A DNA stretch of 64,000 bases from NCBI GenBank assembly GCA_001768555.1, contig MEOD01000084.1, positions 175 to 64,174 of the forward strand. Reading direction: 5' to 3'. This DNA comes from Bacteroidetes bacterium GWF2_29_10. Lineage in GTDB: Bacteria > Bacteroidota > Bacteroidia > Bacteroidales > GWE2-29-8. The position numbers and the translations under genes are program-made. Position 1 is the first letter of the stretch. The number at the start of each line of letters is the position of its first letter. The notes beneath the pieces were generated by a model. The model had not been told where the DNA came from. It did no database searches and saw only the letters and a program-made list of their open reading frames with translations. This document shows positions 39,601-48,037 of this stretch, piece by piece.

Positions 39601-40032
39601 GGATGTATCTCCGTAAACTAATTCAACAATTAATGTATCAACGATGGTTACATCTCCGTTTGGCGTTGTATATGTATTAAAAGGTCTTTTATAATTACCT
39701 CTTATATATATAGAATCCACTTTATAAGCATTATTATGCGTTCTATAATCAGCATCAAAATACAAATCAGAAAAGTATTCAGTATTTGGGTCTAAAACCA
39801 TAGAGGCTCCCAAAATATTTGACTTATAATAAAATGTTTCATTTTTGTAATCATCCCAGTAAACTGATCTTACATTTGTATCATTTATAAGAGCATTTTC
39901 ATATAAATTTACAGAATTAGGATTTTCCGCATTATAAAGAAATGCTATTATAGCATTTGTGTTTTGAGCTTTGCCTTGTGATGTAATTATCACAAACAAC
40001 AATGCAATGATATAGAGTTGATTCTTTTTCAT
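30619..40032 (-). CDS. Giant T9SS type-A-sorted adhesin-like protein (Ig-like/PKD repeats, SprB repeat, 3x FN3)
   Basis: Signal peptide; many AGxDxTICxG...TTTYxVT repeats; PKD WNFGDG; FN3 (ATLNW...YEWQIRA); CTD IYPNPS...GIMFIRIGTETFKIIK; TATATTTG box at 40057-40064. Confidence 0.92.
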   Translation of the reverse strand: MKKNQLYIIALLFVIITSQGKAQNTNAIIAFLYNAENPNSVNLYENALINDTNVRSVYWDDYKNETFYYKSNILGASMVLDPNTEYFSDLYFDADYRTHNNAYKVDSIYIRGNYKRPFNTYTTPNGDVTIVDTLIVELVYGDTSKNNSFAHLYTIGLPEKHYAAPQWIKDNYAANGMGKLYGDGYKVIKIPLTEADVTLDENNLYSPYLTKYYGIKTDFKVPSRKYVGLTYTFKSGIPKEYLSADPIYISSVYAEIKGNVYQNMNSFTATLWSHEDDEDIFYDSSSLSMNYALLNKHIEQSWSGNSSIFNYMLWLTENIGWDVWFDLSLSLSAGDDQTICKGTSATLTATGADSYVWSTGATTDKITVSPTVKTTYYVTGTSSGITEKDTVIVSIASINAGEDKTIIKGQQISLSASGDVSNYSWSTGDTTKYINVAPTTNTIYYVTGKYGECTDSDMIIITVRDVLWYEDFTSASNNFSTISGLTRNSGANYSCAMGNYISYTNSTKAYAMTKEFAVPQGKSIKLSFSSRRKNASAGQIKVFYNIGGGCSFNNTNNYENGWIEWGTITPNTSVASASGCTNQNLTLTNEICGGQIVSVLLYFPEASASNWITVDDIEIVEANAMVSVPDISGNATYTENFTQQYWYAPVTQTYPNAKSSGVKMPYHSLKSTSQTYAYLTTGGAGSTLDHSGNATDYKVVLAPGYEYCNNTGGAQIITKELNTSNCSATTATLRFDFLVKYPNPSSAAYSFVYNEDYSDGMHCPEVYYATGKPEGYLGNHSITWIKVPVNYYFPTGKWMRATCQLPKEANLKIKISRGSEYIEYIDNIKVLCDDCSISDKTGATPIGEANPAPSTDYTYTVAATAGATKYRWVIRKRYNSAGALCTGADAAREATLYWNAPAAGNPGIISGNGTQTAVINFGTCTDCKYTVMCIPYDTDYGTFAAPTDACYAKLGYTEVTLTTTASCTPPTLTAKANNTTTSLTICSGNTIALTSNPSGGEDCSGIWQYLWSNGANTQNVYDLTPTANTTYSVTVRCSADTTCSNTSQVTVNVNTNPIANFTFDTICSGFATQFTNTSIISEGDSLIFIYWDFDGIGFSNKLNPTFSFHGSGYYDVKVRVINNKGCIDSTIKTVIVYGSPVSSFRLDTVCLGTSTSFKEYSSQSAEPSVGILKWRWNFGDGTTGLQKDTFTHTYQSAENFAVSLQVEDSIGCIGVLNSLAVVRPLPTVNAGVDKTISLGDTTTLTAIGGKNYAWSNGAIIPTINVSPTVTTTYYVTVVDSNACMASDAVIVFVQSVGNVSAGSDQTICKGSSATLTATGADSYVWSTGATTNKITVSPNITTTYTVTGTSGGVTEKDTVIVSVNPLPTISAGTNKSICFGTSTLITATGGSSYVWNTSQTGPSITVTPNDTTTYTVVGTLNTCTASDEVIVIVKPLPVANAGIDTAICSGKIATLYAENVGADSYDWSNGVSGLATNVSLSVTTTYGLTVTKDGCTASDAVIVYVYSLPIIDAGVDKSICLGDSAILSVTGTIGGSYLWSTADITNSIKVGPVVNTTYKVTIDLGGCTNSDAVIVTVNPIPVANAGVDKTICMGVPATLGAIGSGSFTWSTGSNNNNISVNPTATTVYKLTNTVNGCSDQDSVVVTVNSLPNVYAGVDKSICLGDSVMLVASGASNYLWSNSATNDTIYVSPNVTSSYTITGTLDGCTATDGVLLSLYTMPVANFTYNTICSGFVTTFTNTSTVGIGTIIATSNWNFDGLGSSNLLNPTFTFHGSGYYDIILTTTDNNGCIDSITKTVIVYGSPVSSFRLDTVCLGTPTSFKEYSSQSAEPSVGILKWRWNFGDGTTGLQKDTFTHTYPTAGNYAVSLQVEDSLGCIGVLNNVAVVRSLPTANAGADKTICVGDSTQLNYIGTVLDSVKWSNGITTLSQWVKPTETTIYTVTVYSGGCSASDAIVVKVNLNPVINVSLDKSICIGTSTILTASSSLVGTTYDWSDGQTGTSITVTPNDTMKYTVLGRLNGCSGSDEVIVMVKPLPFSNAGLDTAICFGDIATLRAEDAGADSYAWSNGATGLIINVSPTVTTTYYLTITKNGCTASDAVIVAVYSLPTVNAGEDKTISLGDSVILTPTGSGGIYVWNIGDTINPIKVGPTQTETYHVWLYDYNGCTASDEVVVFVQSVATVSAGSDQTICKGFSATLAATGADTYVWNTGATTPTITVSPTTTTKYFVTGTNGAYLSVDSVIVIVNPLPTANAGEDKTITSGESVLLSATGGIESYTWSTAQYTQSIIVNPITTTSYQLTVNNGNCSASDEVVVLVNQKTLSIDKIYTSNASCYEANDGQAIVVAINGILPYSYSWSEGTTNDTVLGLSRGTYSVTVYDNEGASVSKTINIGSPLYVETPNTYTSNITNISATLNWNAIPNVTQYMLRYRIGNPLGAWHYINQSSTNTSVAVNYLVSNTQYEWQIRAIVSNQAYSCFTSLNSFTTATTSLCEKTTNLTVNNISSGSALLNWTLDNTAERYLLRYKIKDADNNTYKYFYIEGNQSSFPIYGLVPNTEYQYQIRKFCNGNYYSDFTDLKEFKTKGNCQIPDNLNTLNIKSSSAILQWIANQDIVNLMIRWKEQNSSTWKYFVKANNANSYLQIGCNICDDIHKLKPNTTYEWQIRAFCDANQTIYSDFTQIQTFTTEAIKLNLGGDRTICKGQAITLSTSQNGKYLWNTNDTTSYVTVSPTSTTTYYLTITINEVSETDEIVIFVNDVPTVNASNNQTICSGENAYLVASGADNYKWDAGSLQNEVIFAPLVTTTYSVTGTTNNGCSNTAQVIVTVNQTPYGNAGADVFLCNGDSSVIVATGGSSYSWDNNEVTPFISIKPTETTSYFVTISNGLCSITDMVVAVVTTINPSAGNDQTICKGQYAQLSAMGGIKYEWSNNFSTQAINVSPIITTQYIVTVFTANGCSASDNVTVFISSDLNVTSTNDTTICSGDKITLTAFAENPTSFRWSSGSIKQSITVVPAQTTTYTVTVKSGTCSGTDKVIVNIINCKNETEGNYELRIANYEFFINIYPNPSYDGKVNIETIGLESDAKLTVMSYTGAILLEKEINKNDNKHLLNLSNFSNGIMFIRIGTETFKIIKQSSPEGN
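30866..30897. repeat. AATTCGT heptamer tandem repeat inside the coding sequence
   Basis: aattcgt aattcgc aattcgt aattcgt aatt, read as NYELRIANYE; same heptamer at 5111-5142. Confidence 0.9.
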
Positions 40033-40352
40033 AATTTTTCAAATTTTATTGTATCACAAATATAATTTATTTTATTATAGTTAAATAATAGTTTATTTAA
40101 GTTACTTAATGTGTTAAAACCTTTCATATAGTTAAATTTTAGAATAACGACATGGCAATAAAACACGTAATTAAATCTGTAAAGATAATAAAAATTTACA
40201 ATTGTCAAAAAAATGATAATAGTATATTGTCAATTAGAAAAATGTCCTAAATTTTTTGCTTTTTTTGATTGTTAATGTGGGCAAGGGGTTTTTAATAGAT
40301 GGAACGCGGATTTACACGGATTTTTAATACGCGCGTACATGTGTGATAATGT

Positions 40353-40374
40353 GGGCAACCGCAAGGGATTGCCC
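40353..40374. repeat. REP-like imperfect palindrome GGGCAACC-GCAA-GGGATTGCCC
   Basis: Hairpin read directly; TAATGTGGGCAA occurs twice nearby (about 40274 and 40348). Confidence 0.6.
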
Positions 40375-40403
40375 CTATAAATGTATTATTATTATTGTAT
40401 GGT

Positions 40404-40576
40404 AAATATTTAGTATTGATAATTAATTGTTTAATTATCTAAGTGCTCTAAATGGTTATACAAGATTGATTTTCAATTAATTATACAAACACTTGGTTGT
40501 CAATATGAAAATTCTATTACTGTACATGAAAGGTACATGAAAGGTACTATAACAGTACATAAAAGGTACTATAAAT
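40404..40576 (+). repeat. Dispersed non-coding element with 11-bp periodic GTAC repeats, copy 1
   Basis: Shares three ordered blocks with the reverse complement of 63438-63622. Confidence 0.8.
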
Positions 40577-41051
40577 GTATTTAATCCTAAAATAGGTTTA
40601 CAAAAAAATAGAATTAAGCAAAAGACTGTATGTTTTGCTACATTTATATATCATGTTTATTTATAGCATTTTACTAAAAAAATGGGGTTATGGTAACTTT
40701 AAGGTGACTTTAGGGTGAAGTAAAGGCGAAGTAATAGCATATAACGCAATGAAAATTAGCAAGTTAAATGTTTTTGTGTAATGTGTTAATTATTAGATTA
40801 TTATAAAAATAGAAACGGGATAAAATGTTATAAAAAATAATTTGTGACATTTTTTTTATATTTATGGTATTTTGTTTTTTTTATATTCAAATTAGGATTA
40901 TTATTGAATAATTGTATTGTGCTAATTGTAATTTTTTTTTTAATTTTCAGATAGTTGTAAAAAAACATATAAATAGTTATTAACAAATTTAGCTAAAAAA
41001 AAGATTTTATGTAATTTTAGAATTTCAAAAATAAAGTAATGCATTAAAGTT

Positions 41052-44000
41052 ATGAATAAATTTTCTCATTTACACGTACATACACAATATTCTATATTAG
41101 ATGGAGCCGCAAATGTTGAAACACTTTTAAAAACTACCAAGAAATTAGGGATGTCTTCGATTGCAATAACAGACCATGGTAATATGTATGGTGTTTATGA
41201 TTTTGTGAAGAAAGCTAATAAAGAAGAGATAAAACCAATCATTGGCTCTGAAATGTATGTTGCGGAGGGTTCTAGATTTGATAAGAAAGGAGAAGAGGTT
41301 AGGAGTGGTTATCATCTAATTTTATTAGCTAAAAATAAAGAGGGTTATAAAAACTTAAGCAAATTAAGCTCATCTGCATTTTTAGAAGGGTTTTATTATG
41401 ATCCAAGAATAGATAAAGAATTATTACGAGCGCATAGCAAAGGTTTAATTGCTTCTTCTGCATGTTTAGGGGGAGAAATACCTCATTTTATTCTTAAAGG
41501 TCAGATAGATAAAGCAGAAATAGCACTTCAAGAATATTTAGATATTTTTGGGGATGACTTTTATTTAGAGATGCAAAGACACAAAAGTGAAAACAAAAAT
41601 AATAATGAAACATTTGAGAAGCAAGAAATTGTAAATAAAGTATTGATAGATTTGTCAAAGAAATACAATGTCAAACTAATAGCTACAAATGATATTCATT
41701 TTGTTAACAGAGATGATGCCAGAGCTCATGACATATTGGTATGTCTGAATACAGGTAAAGACATTGACGATGATAGACGAATGAAATATTCTGGAGAGGA
41801 GTTTTTGAAAAGTCCGGAAGAGATGGCTGAGCTTTTTAGTGATGTTCCAGAAGCTTTATTAAATACGCAGGAAATAGTAGATAAAATAGAGGTTATTGAT
41901 TTAGAACATAAAATTATTTTGCCTATTTTCCCATTACCAGATGGGTTTGCAAATCAGGATGAGTATTTGAAATATTTAACTTACGAAGGTGCTCAAAAAT
42001 TGTATGATGTTATAACGGATGAAATTAAAGAAAGAATAGATTACGAGTTGTCAGTTATATTTGAGATGGGCTTCTCTGGTTATTTTTTGATAGTTCAGGA
42101 CTTTATAAATGAAGCTAAAAAAATAGATGTTGCAGTAGGTCCAGGACGAGGGTCGGCAGCAGGTTCAATAATTGCTTTTTGTACAGGAATAACAAGCATT
42201 GATCCAATAAAGTATAATTTACTGTTTGAACGATTTCTTAATCCGCAAAGAAAGTCGATGCCCGATATTGATATTGACTTTGATGATGATGGAAGAGGTC
42301 GTGTTATAGATTATGTTATTAATAAATATGGGAAAGAAAAGGTAGCTCAGATAATTACATTTGGTTCGATGGCATCAAAGTCTGCAATAAAGGATGTAGG
42401 TCGAGTATTGAAATTGCCATTAACAGAGACGGATAGATTGTCAAAGTTAGTTCCTCCTAGAGCAAAAAATCTTACAGAAGCTTTTAAAGAATCTCAGGAG
42501 TTAAGAGATGTGATATCTGGGAATGATGAGAAAAGCAAGGAAACGTTAAGTTATGCAAAAATACTTGAAGGTTCGATAAGAAATGTGGGCACACATGCTT
42601 GTGGAGTAATAATAGGTCCAGAAGATTTAAAAGAGCATGTTCCTTTGTGCAAAGCAAAAGACACAGAGCTAATGGTTACTCAATATGATGGGAAAATTGT
42701 GGAGTCAGTAGGGCTTTTAAAAATGGACTTTTTGGGATTGAAAACATTATCAATAATAAAGGATACTATTTTTAATATTAAACAAAGGCATGATATAGTT
42801 ATTGATATAACAAAAATTCCTTTGGATGATGAGTTAACTTATGAGTTATTTCAAAAAGGAGATACAGTAGGTATATTTCAGTTTGAGTCTGACGGTATGA
42901 GAAGTCATTTGAAAACATTAAAGCCAAATAATATTGAGGACCTTATTGCAATGAATGCATTGTATCGTCCAGGTCCGATGGATTTTATTCCTTTGTATAT
43001 TAATAGGAAGCATGGAAGGGAAAAAGTGGAATATGCTCATCCAATGTTAGAAGAACTTTTAAAACCTACTTATGGTATTATGGTTTATCAAGAACAGATT
43101 ATGCAAACGGCACAAATTATGGCTGGTTATAGTTTGGGAGATGCAGATATTCTAAGAAGGGCTATGGGAAAGAAAAAACCTGCGGAGATGGCTTTACAGA
43201 AAGAAGTTTTTGTTAAAGGTGCAATTGTGAAGGGGATAGAAGAAAAGAATGCAGAAGAAATATTTAGCATTATGGAACGTTTTGCTGAGTATGGGTTTAA
43301 TAGGTCGCATAGTGCAGCTTATGCCGTACTAGCTTATCAAACAGGGTATCTAAAGGCTCATTATCCTGCTGAGTTTATGGCAGCCGTTTTAACTCGTAAC
43401 CTTAATGATTTAAAAGAAGTAACAGAATTGTTAGATGAATGCAAGAAAATAAATATTGAAGTTTTAGGTCCAGATGTAAATGAGAGTGCTTTTAAATTTA
43501 CAGTTATAAATGACAAAACAATTAGATTTGGATTAGGGGCAATAAAGGGTGTTGGCGAGGCTTCTGTTGATGAAATAGTTAGAGAACGAAAAGCAGCAGG
43601 TTCTTTTTCTAATTTATTTGATATTACTCGTCGTGTTAATCTTAATGCATGTAATAAAAAATGTTTAGAAGCATTAGCTATGGGAGGCGCATTTGATGGG
43701 TTTAAAAACATACACAGAGCCCAATATTTTGCTAATAGTAAAGACAATACAACAAACACAATAGAAAGAGCAATTAGATATGGTAATAGCTATCAAAGCC
43801 AAAAAGATTCGTCGCAACATTCATTGTTTGGGGAAGAGATAGGCGAAGTAAATATAGAAGAACCTATTATGCCAGAAGTAGAACCATGGCCTCATTTGTT
43901 GAAATTAAAGAAAGAAAAAGAAGTTACAGGTTTTTATTTATCAGGACATCCGCTTGATTCTTATGCAATTGAAATAAAAAATTTCACTAATACTCAAATT

Positions 44001-44567
44001 TCTGCAATAATTGAAGTGATGAAAAACGAACATGAAGCAGAGCGCTTGGTTAATCATGAGTTTGTTTTTGCAGGTATTATTACAGATGCAACTACACGAA
44101 TGACAAAAATGGGAGACTTAATGGGAACAATGGTAATAGAAGATTACACCTCAAATATATCTTTTACATTATTTAAAGAAGACTTTTTGAAAAATAGGGA
44201 TTATTTTATCAAAGACATTTTAGTTCTTATTAAAGGGAAGTTACAGCTTTCTCGTAATAGAATTAATTCTGATTCGGGATATGAATTTAAACCAAGACAA
44301 ATAGAGTTGCTTTCAAATGTATTTAGTTCTCGAGTAAACTCTATTACAATAAAAACAAATATAAACGATATAAATGAAGATTTTATTAATAATATTAAAA
44401 ATATAGCAGAAATTAATCAAGGCAAATGCAAGATGGCTTTATGTGTTATTGATGATGTTAATAATGTTTCTGTTGATTTAATATCAAAAAAATACAAAGT
44501 AGATGGTTTGTTATTTATAAAAAATCTTTTGAAGGAGTATCGTAAATTAAATTACAAATTAAATTAA
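41052..44567 (+). CDS. dnaE: DNA polymerase III alpha subunit
   Basis: HLHVHTQYSILDG PHP domain, GPGRGSAAGS, MPDIDIDFDD, EYGFNRSHSAAY. Confidence 0.99.
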   Translation: MNKFSHLHVHTQYSILDGAANVETLLKTTKKLGMSSIAITDHGNMYGVYDFVKKANKEEIKPIIGSEMYVAEGSRFDKKGEEVRSGYHLILLAKNKEGYKNLSKLSSSAFLEGFYYDPRIDKELLRAHSKGLIASSACLGGEIPHFILKGQIDKAEIALQEYLDIFGDDFYLEMQRHKSENKNNNETFEKQEIVNKVLIDLSKKYNVKLIATNDIHFVNRDDARAHDILVCLNTGKDIDDDRRMKYSGEEFLKSPEEMAELFSDVPEALLNTQEIVDKIEVIDLEHKIILPIFPLPDGFANQDEYLKYLTYEGAQKLYDVITDEIKERIDYELSVIFEMGFSGYFLIVQDFINEAKKIDVAVGPGRGSAAGSIIAFCTGITSIDPIKYNLLFERFLNPQRKSMPDIDIDFDDDGRGRVIDYVINKYGKEKVAQIITFGSMASKSAIKDVGRVLKLPLTETDRLSKLVPPRAKNLTEAFKESQELRDVISGNDEKSKETLSYAKILEGSIRNVGTHACGVIIGPEDLKEHVPLCKAKDTELMVTQYDGKIVESVGLLKMDFLGLKTLSIIKDTIFNIKQRHDIVIDITKIPLDDELTYELFQKGDTVGIFQFESDGMRSHLKTLKPNNIEDLIAMNALYRPGPMDFIPLYINRKHGREKVEYAHPMLEELLKPTYGIMVYQEQIMQTAQIMAGYSLGDADILRRAMGKKKPAEMALQKEVFVKGAIVKGIEEKNAEEIFSIMERFAEYGFNRSHSAAYAVLAYQTGYLKAHYPAEFMAAVLTRNLNDLKEVTELLDECKKINIEVLGPDVNESAFKFTVINDKTIRFGLGAIKGVGEASVDEIVRERKAAGSFSNLFDITRRVNLNACNKKCLEALAMGGAFDGFKNIHRAQYFANSKDNTTNTIERAIRYGNSYQSQKDSSQHSLFGEEIGEVNIEEPIMPEVEPWPHLLKLKKEKEVTGFYLSGHPLDSYAIEIKNFTNTQISAIIEVMKNEHEAERLVNHEFVFAGIITDATTRMTKMGDLMGTMVIEDYTSNISFTLFKEDFLKNRDYFIKDILVLIKGKLQLSRNRINSDSGYEFKPRQIELLSNVFSSRVNSITIKTNINDINEDFINNIKNIAEINQGKCKMALCVIDDVNNVSVDLISKKYKVDGLLFIKNLLKEYRKLNYKLN

Positions 44568-44604
44568 CTAAAAACTTTATTTAATGTTATTTCATAACAT
44601 TGTT

Positions 44605-44612
44605 TAATTTTG
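44605..44612 (+). promoter_or_regulatory. -7 box TAATTTTG for fabI
   Basis: Matches TAnnTTTG 23 nt before ATG. Confidence 0.5.
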
Positions 44613-44635
44613 CCTGTTAATTAAAAATACAAAAC

Positions 44636-45454
44636 ATGAATTACAATTTACTAAAAGACAAAAAAGGAATTATATTTGGAGCACTAGATAGCAACTCTAT
44701 AGCATGGAAAGTTGCAGAAAGATGTCATGAAGAAGGTGCTAGTTTAATTTTATCTAACAACAGGCTTGCATTAAGGCTTGGTGAAATATATAAATTATCA
44801 GAAAAAATTAATGCATCTGTTATTCCTGCTGATGTTAGTGACGTTAGCGATATAGAAAATTTGATGGCTGAGGCAAAAAAAGAATTTGGAGGAATAGATT
44901 TTATATTGCATTCAGTGGGTATGTCTCCTAACGTTAGGAAAAACATACCATATCCAGAAATAAAGTATGATAATTTTGTAAAGACTTTAGATGTTTCAGC
45001 AATATCGTTTCATAAAATATTGCAAGTTGCATGGGATATGGATATTTTAAATGAAAGAGCTTCAGTTCTTGCACTTTCATACATTGCTGCACAAAAAACA
45101 TTTGCAAGTTATAGTGATATGGCTCAAGCTAAAGCTTTACTTGAATCTATAGCAAGAAGCTTTGGTTATCATTATGGATTAAGAAAAGGAGTAAGGATAA
45201 ATACAATCTCTCAATCTCCAACAAAAACTACCGCAGGCTCTGGAGTTAAGGGGTTTAGTGCTTTTTACAATTATGCAAATGCAATGTCTCCTATTGGCAA
45301 TGCAGATGCAGATGATTGTGCAGATGTATGTGTTATGATGTTTTCGGATTTGTCTAAAAAAATAACAATGCAAAATCTTTTTGTTGATGGAGGTTTTTCG
45401 TCAATGGGAATAAGTGAAAAGTTGTTTGAATTTTATTTAGAAAAAGATAAATAG
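44636..45454 (+). CDS. fabI: Enoyl-ACP reductase (NADH)
   Basis: GIIFGALDSNSIAW, ALSYIAAQ, YSDMAQAKALLESIARSFG, RINTISQSPTKTTAG. Confidence 0.92.
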   Translation: MNYNLLKDKKGIIFGALDSNSIAWKVAERCHEEGASLILSNNRLALRLGEIYKLSEKINASVIPADVSDVSDIENLMAEAKKEFGGIDFILHSVGMSPNVRKNIPYPEIKYDNFVKTLDVSAISFHKILQVAWDMDILNERASVLALSYIAAQKTFASYSDMAQAKALLESIARSFGYHYGLRKGVRINTISQSPTKTTAGSGVKGFSAFYNYANAMSPIGNADADDCADVCVMMFSDLSKKITMQNLFVDGGFSSMGISEKLFEFYLEKDK

Positions 45455-45561
45455 ATGAATTAGATAAAAGAATATTTTATAATGCTGAAATTTATTTATT
45501 TCTTATTATAAAATAGTTTAGAGAAATTAGCGTTTTTTCTAATATAGTTTATTTAAAACTT

Positions 45562-47880
45562 ATGAAATTAATAATGAAATTATTCATAAACATAGTAATA
45601 TTAATTTGTTCTACAGCTTTTGTATATGCCCAACGTGTTGGTATTGAAGAATGGAGAGACCATTTACCTTATGGAAGTTGTTTAGATGTTGCAAAAGTTG
45701 GGCATATAGCTTATGGAGCAACATATTTCGGATTAATAAAATATGATATTGAAGACAATTCTGTTTCAAAGATAAGCAAGGTTAACGGTTTGTCAGATAT
45801 AGGAATTTCAACAATTGAAGCAGATGATAATCTAAAAATATTAGTTGTAGCATATCAGAATGGAAATATAGATTTAATAAAAGAGGATGAATCAGTAGTA
45901 AATATTCCAGATATTAAAAGGAAAAATATTGTAGGTAGTAAATGCATTAACGATATAATGTTCTATGATGGAAAGGCTTATTTGTCATCTGATTTTGGCA
46001 TAGTTGTTATAAATTTATTAAAAGAAGAAATATTAGAGACTTATTGGAGCAAGTATAATAATTCAATATTGGAAATATATTCTACTGTAGTTTATTCAAA
46101 TTATATATACTCAGCATCAGCTAAAGGCTTGTTCTATTGTAATATAAATAAGAATTTAGCTGATTTTAATAACTGGGAAAAAGATAATACTTTAAATTTT
46201 CCTGATAGTATTTATAAATGTATAACAAGTATTGATAATAAGTTATTAATATCTATGCGAGGTATTGATCATGACACCGTGTACTCCAAAACAACTAATA
46301 CTAATTGGAGTGTATTTAGTGAATTCAAAAGAGTTTATTCAATGAAAGAGTATTATAATCATTTAGTTGTGAGTAACGAATGGTTTACTACTGTTTATGA
46401 TAAATCTCTTAATCAAGTGCGGAATATTTACACATATTTTAATAATAACAATCCTGCTCCTAACTCTGCTTTTTTTGATTCTAAAAATGAACTGTGGATA
46501 GCTGATAGAAACAGTGGAATGATATATAATAAAAAGGACTGGGATTTGCAAATTATTATACCTCAAGGACCAGAAACAGATAGGGTTTGTAAAATTATAG
46601 AAGATAAAAACGGCAGAATTTTATATAGTGCAGGGGGGATTAACGCATCATGGAATAATCAGTATTATAAGTACGGCATTTCTTATTTTGAAAATGAGAA
46701 ATGGAATGTAATTCGAGATAATAAAGATAGTATTTTTGATATTCTAGATGTAGCCGTATCGCCTCTTGATGAGTCTTTGGTTTATGCTGCAACTTGGGGT
46801 GGAGGTATTATTGAATTTACTGGAGGCGCAGTTAGTAAATATTGGAATAGTAGTAACAGTACATTAAAACCATATACATTAGCAGCAGACAACACCGTTA
46901 GAGTGGGGGGGCTTTATTTTGATAATAATAATAATTTATGGATAGGAAATTCAAATAGTAAGAGTCAATTATCCGTAAAAACATCCACTGGCGATTGGAT
47001 AAGTTATAGCTTTGGATCTAGTTTAATTGACCAACACATAGGTAAAATTAAAGTAGACAATAATGATAGAAAGTGGATTCAATTAGGTAACGAGAAAGGA
47101 TTGCTTGTATTTGATGATAATAAAACAATTGAAGATAAAAGTGACGATAATTATATTGTGTTAACAAATTCTGCAGAAAATGGGAACCTGTCTGGTGCTA
47201 CAGTAAATGATTTTGCTTTTGATAAGGATGATGAAGTATGGATAGGTACGGATATAGGTGTTTGTGTTATTTACAATCCTTCCGATGTTTTTGAATCATA
47301 TTTTAAAGGTGCAGAAAAAATATTGATAGACCAAACAGGACAAGCTCAATATTTATTAGAAACAGAGGAAGTAACAAGCATTGCAATAGATGCTGCAAAT
47401 AGGAAATGGATAGGGACAAGTAAGGCTGGAGTTTTTTTATTATCTGTTGATGGCACTAAAGAAGTTTATCATTTTTCAGAAGAAAATAGCCCTTTACTCT
47501 CAAATACTATAACAAGTATTGCTATAAATAATAAAACAGGTGAAGTTTTTATTGGTACGGATAAAGGATTAATAGGGTTTATGGGAACTGCAACGGAAGG
47601 AAATTCAAATAATGATAATGTTTTGGTTTTTCCTAACCCTGTGAAAGATGGATATAGCGGCATTGTTGGGATTAGAGGTTTAGTAGAAAACGCTAATGTA
47701 AAAATTACCGATATTGAAGGAAATTTAGTTGCAGATATAAACGCAGAAGGTGGACAAGCTATTTGGGATCAAAAGAATTTAAATGGGAACTTAGTTTCCT
47801 CTGGTGTTTACCTTATATTTTGTACAGATTCAGAAGGGAAAGAAAATAGTGTTTCAAAGATTGCTATTATTCGAAAATAA
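45562..47880 (+). CDS. porZ: T9SS component PorZ (beta-propellers + CTD)
   Basis: WRDHLPYG, NGLSDIGI, GNIDL, IDAANRKWIGT, VFPNPV...ANVKITDIEGNLV...SGVYLIF. Confidence 0.88.
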   Translation: MKLIMKLFINIVILICSTAFVYAQRVGIEEWRDHLPYGSCLDVAKVGHIAYGATYFGLIKYDIEDNSVSKISKVNGLSDIGISTIEADDNLKILVVAYQNGNIDLIKEDESVVNIPDIKRKNIVGSKCINDIMFYDGKAYLSSDFGIVVINLLKEEILETYWSKYNNSILEIYSTVVYSNYIYSASAKGLFYCNINKNLADFNNWEKDNTLNFPDSIYKCITSIDNKLLISMRGIDHDTVYSKTTNTNWSVFSEFKRVYSMKEYYNHLVVSNEWFTTVYDKSLNQVRNIYTYFNNNNPAPNSAFFDSKNELWIADRNSGMIYNKKDWDLQIIIPQGPETDRVCKIIEDKNGRILYSAGGINASWNNQYYKYGISYFENEKWNVIRDNKDSIFDILDVAVSPLDESLVYAATWGGGIIEFTGGAVSKYWNSSNSTLKPYTLAADNTVRVGGLYFDNNNNLWIGNSNSKSQLSVKTSTGDWISYSFGSSLIDQHIGKIKVDNNDRKWIQLGNEKGLLVFDDNKTIEDKSDDNYIVLTNSAENGNLSGATVNDFAFDKDDEVWIGTDIGVCVIYNPSDVFESYFKGAEKILIDQTGQAQYLLETEEVTSIAIDAANRKWIGTSKAGVFLLSVDGTKEVYHFSEENSPLLSNTITSIAINNKTGEVFIGTDKGLIGFMGTATEGNSNNDNVLVFPNPVKDGYSGIVGIRGLVENANVKITDIEGNLVADINAEGGQAIWDQKNLNGNLVSSGVYLIFCTDSEGKENSVSKIAIIRK

Positions 47881-48037
47881 ACATTTTAATTTATAATATT
47901 TTATATAACTTAAAACTGTAGCTGAAAACTACACAAGTATTTATTTATCTAAAAGTAAAAAAAAACAGATAGATATGCTAAAAAATTGGTTAATTTGCAT
48001 TTTCGTTTACATTTATCATTAACAATAATAATAATTA

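Noticed and set aside
41052-44567. Intein or split in dnaE
   Set aside because: Length and motif spacing are ordinary; no intein signature seen
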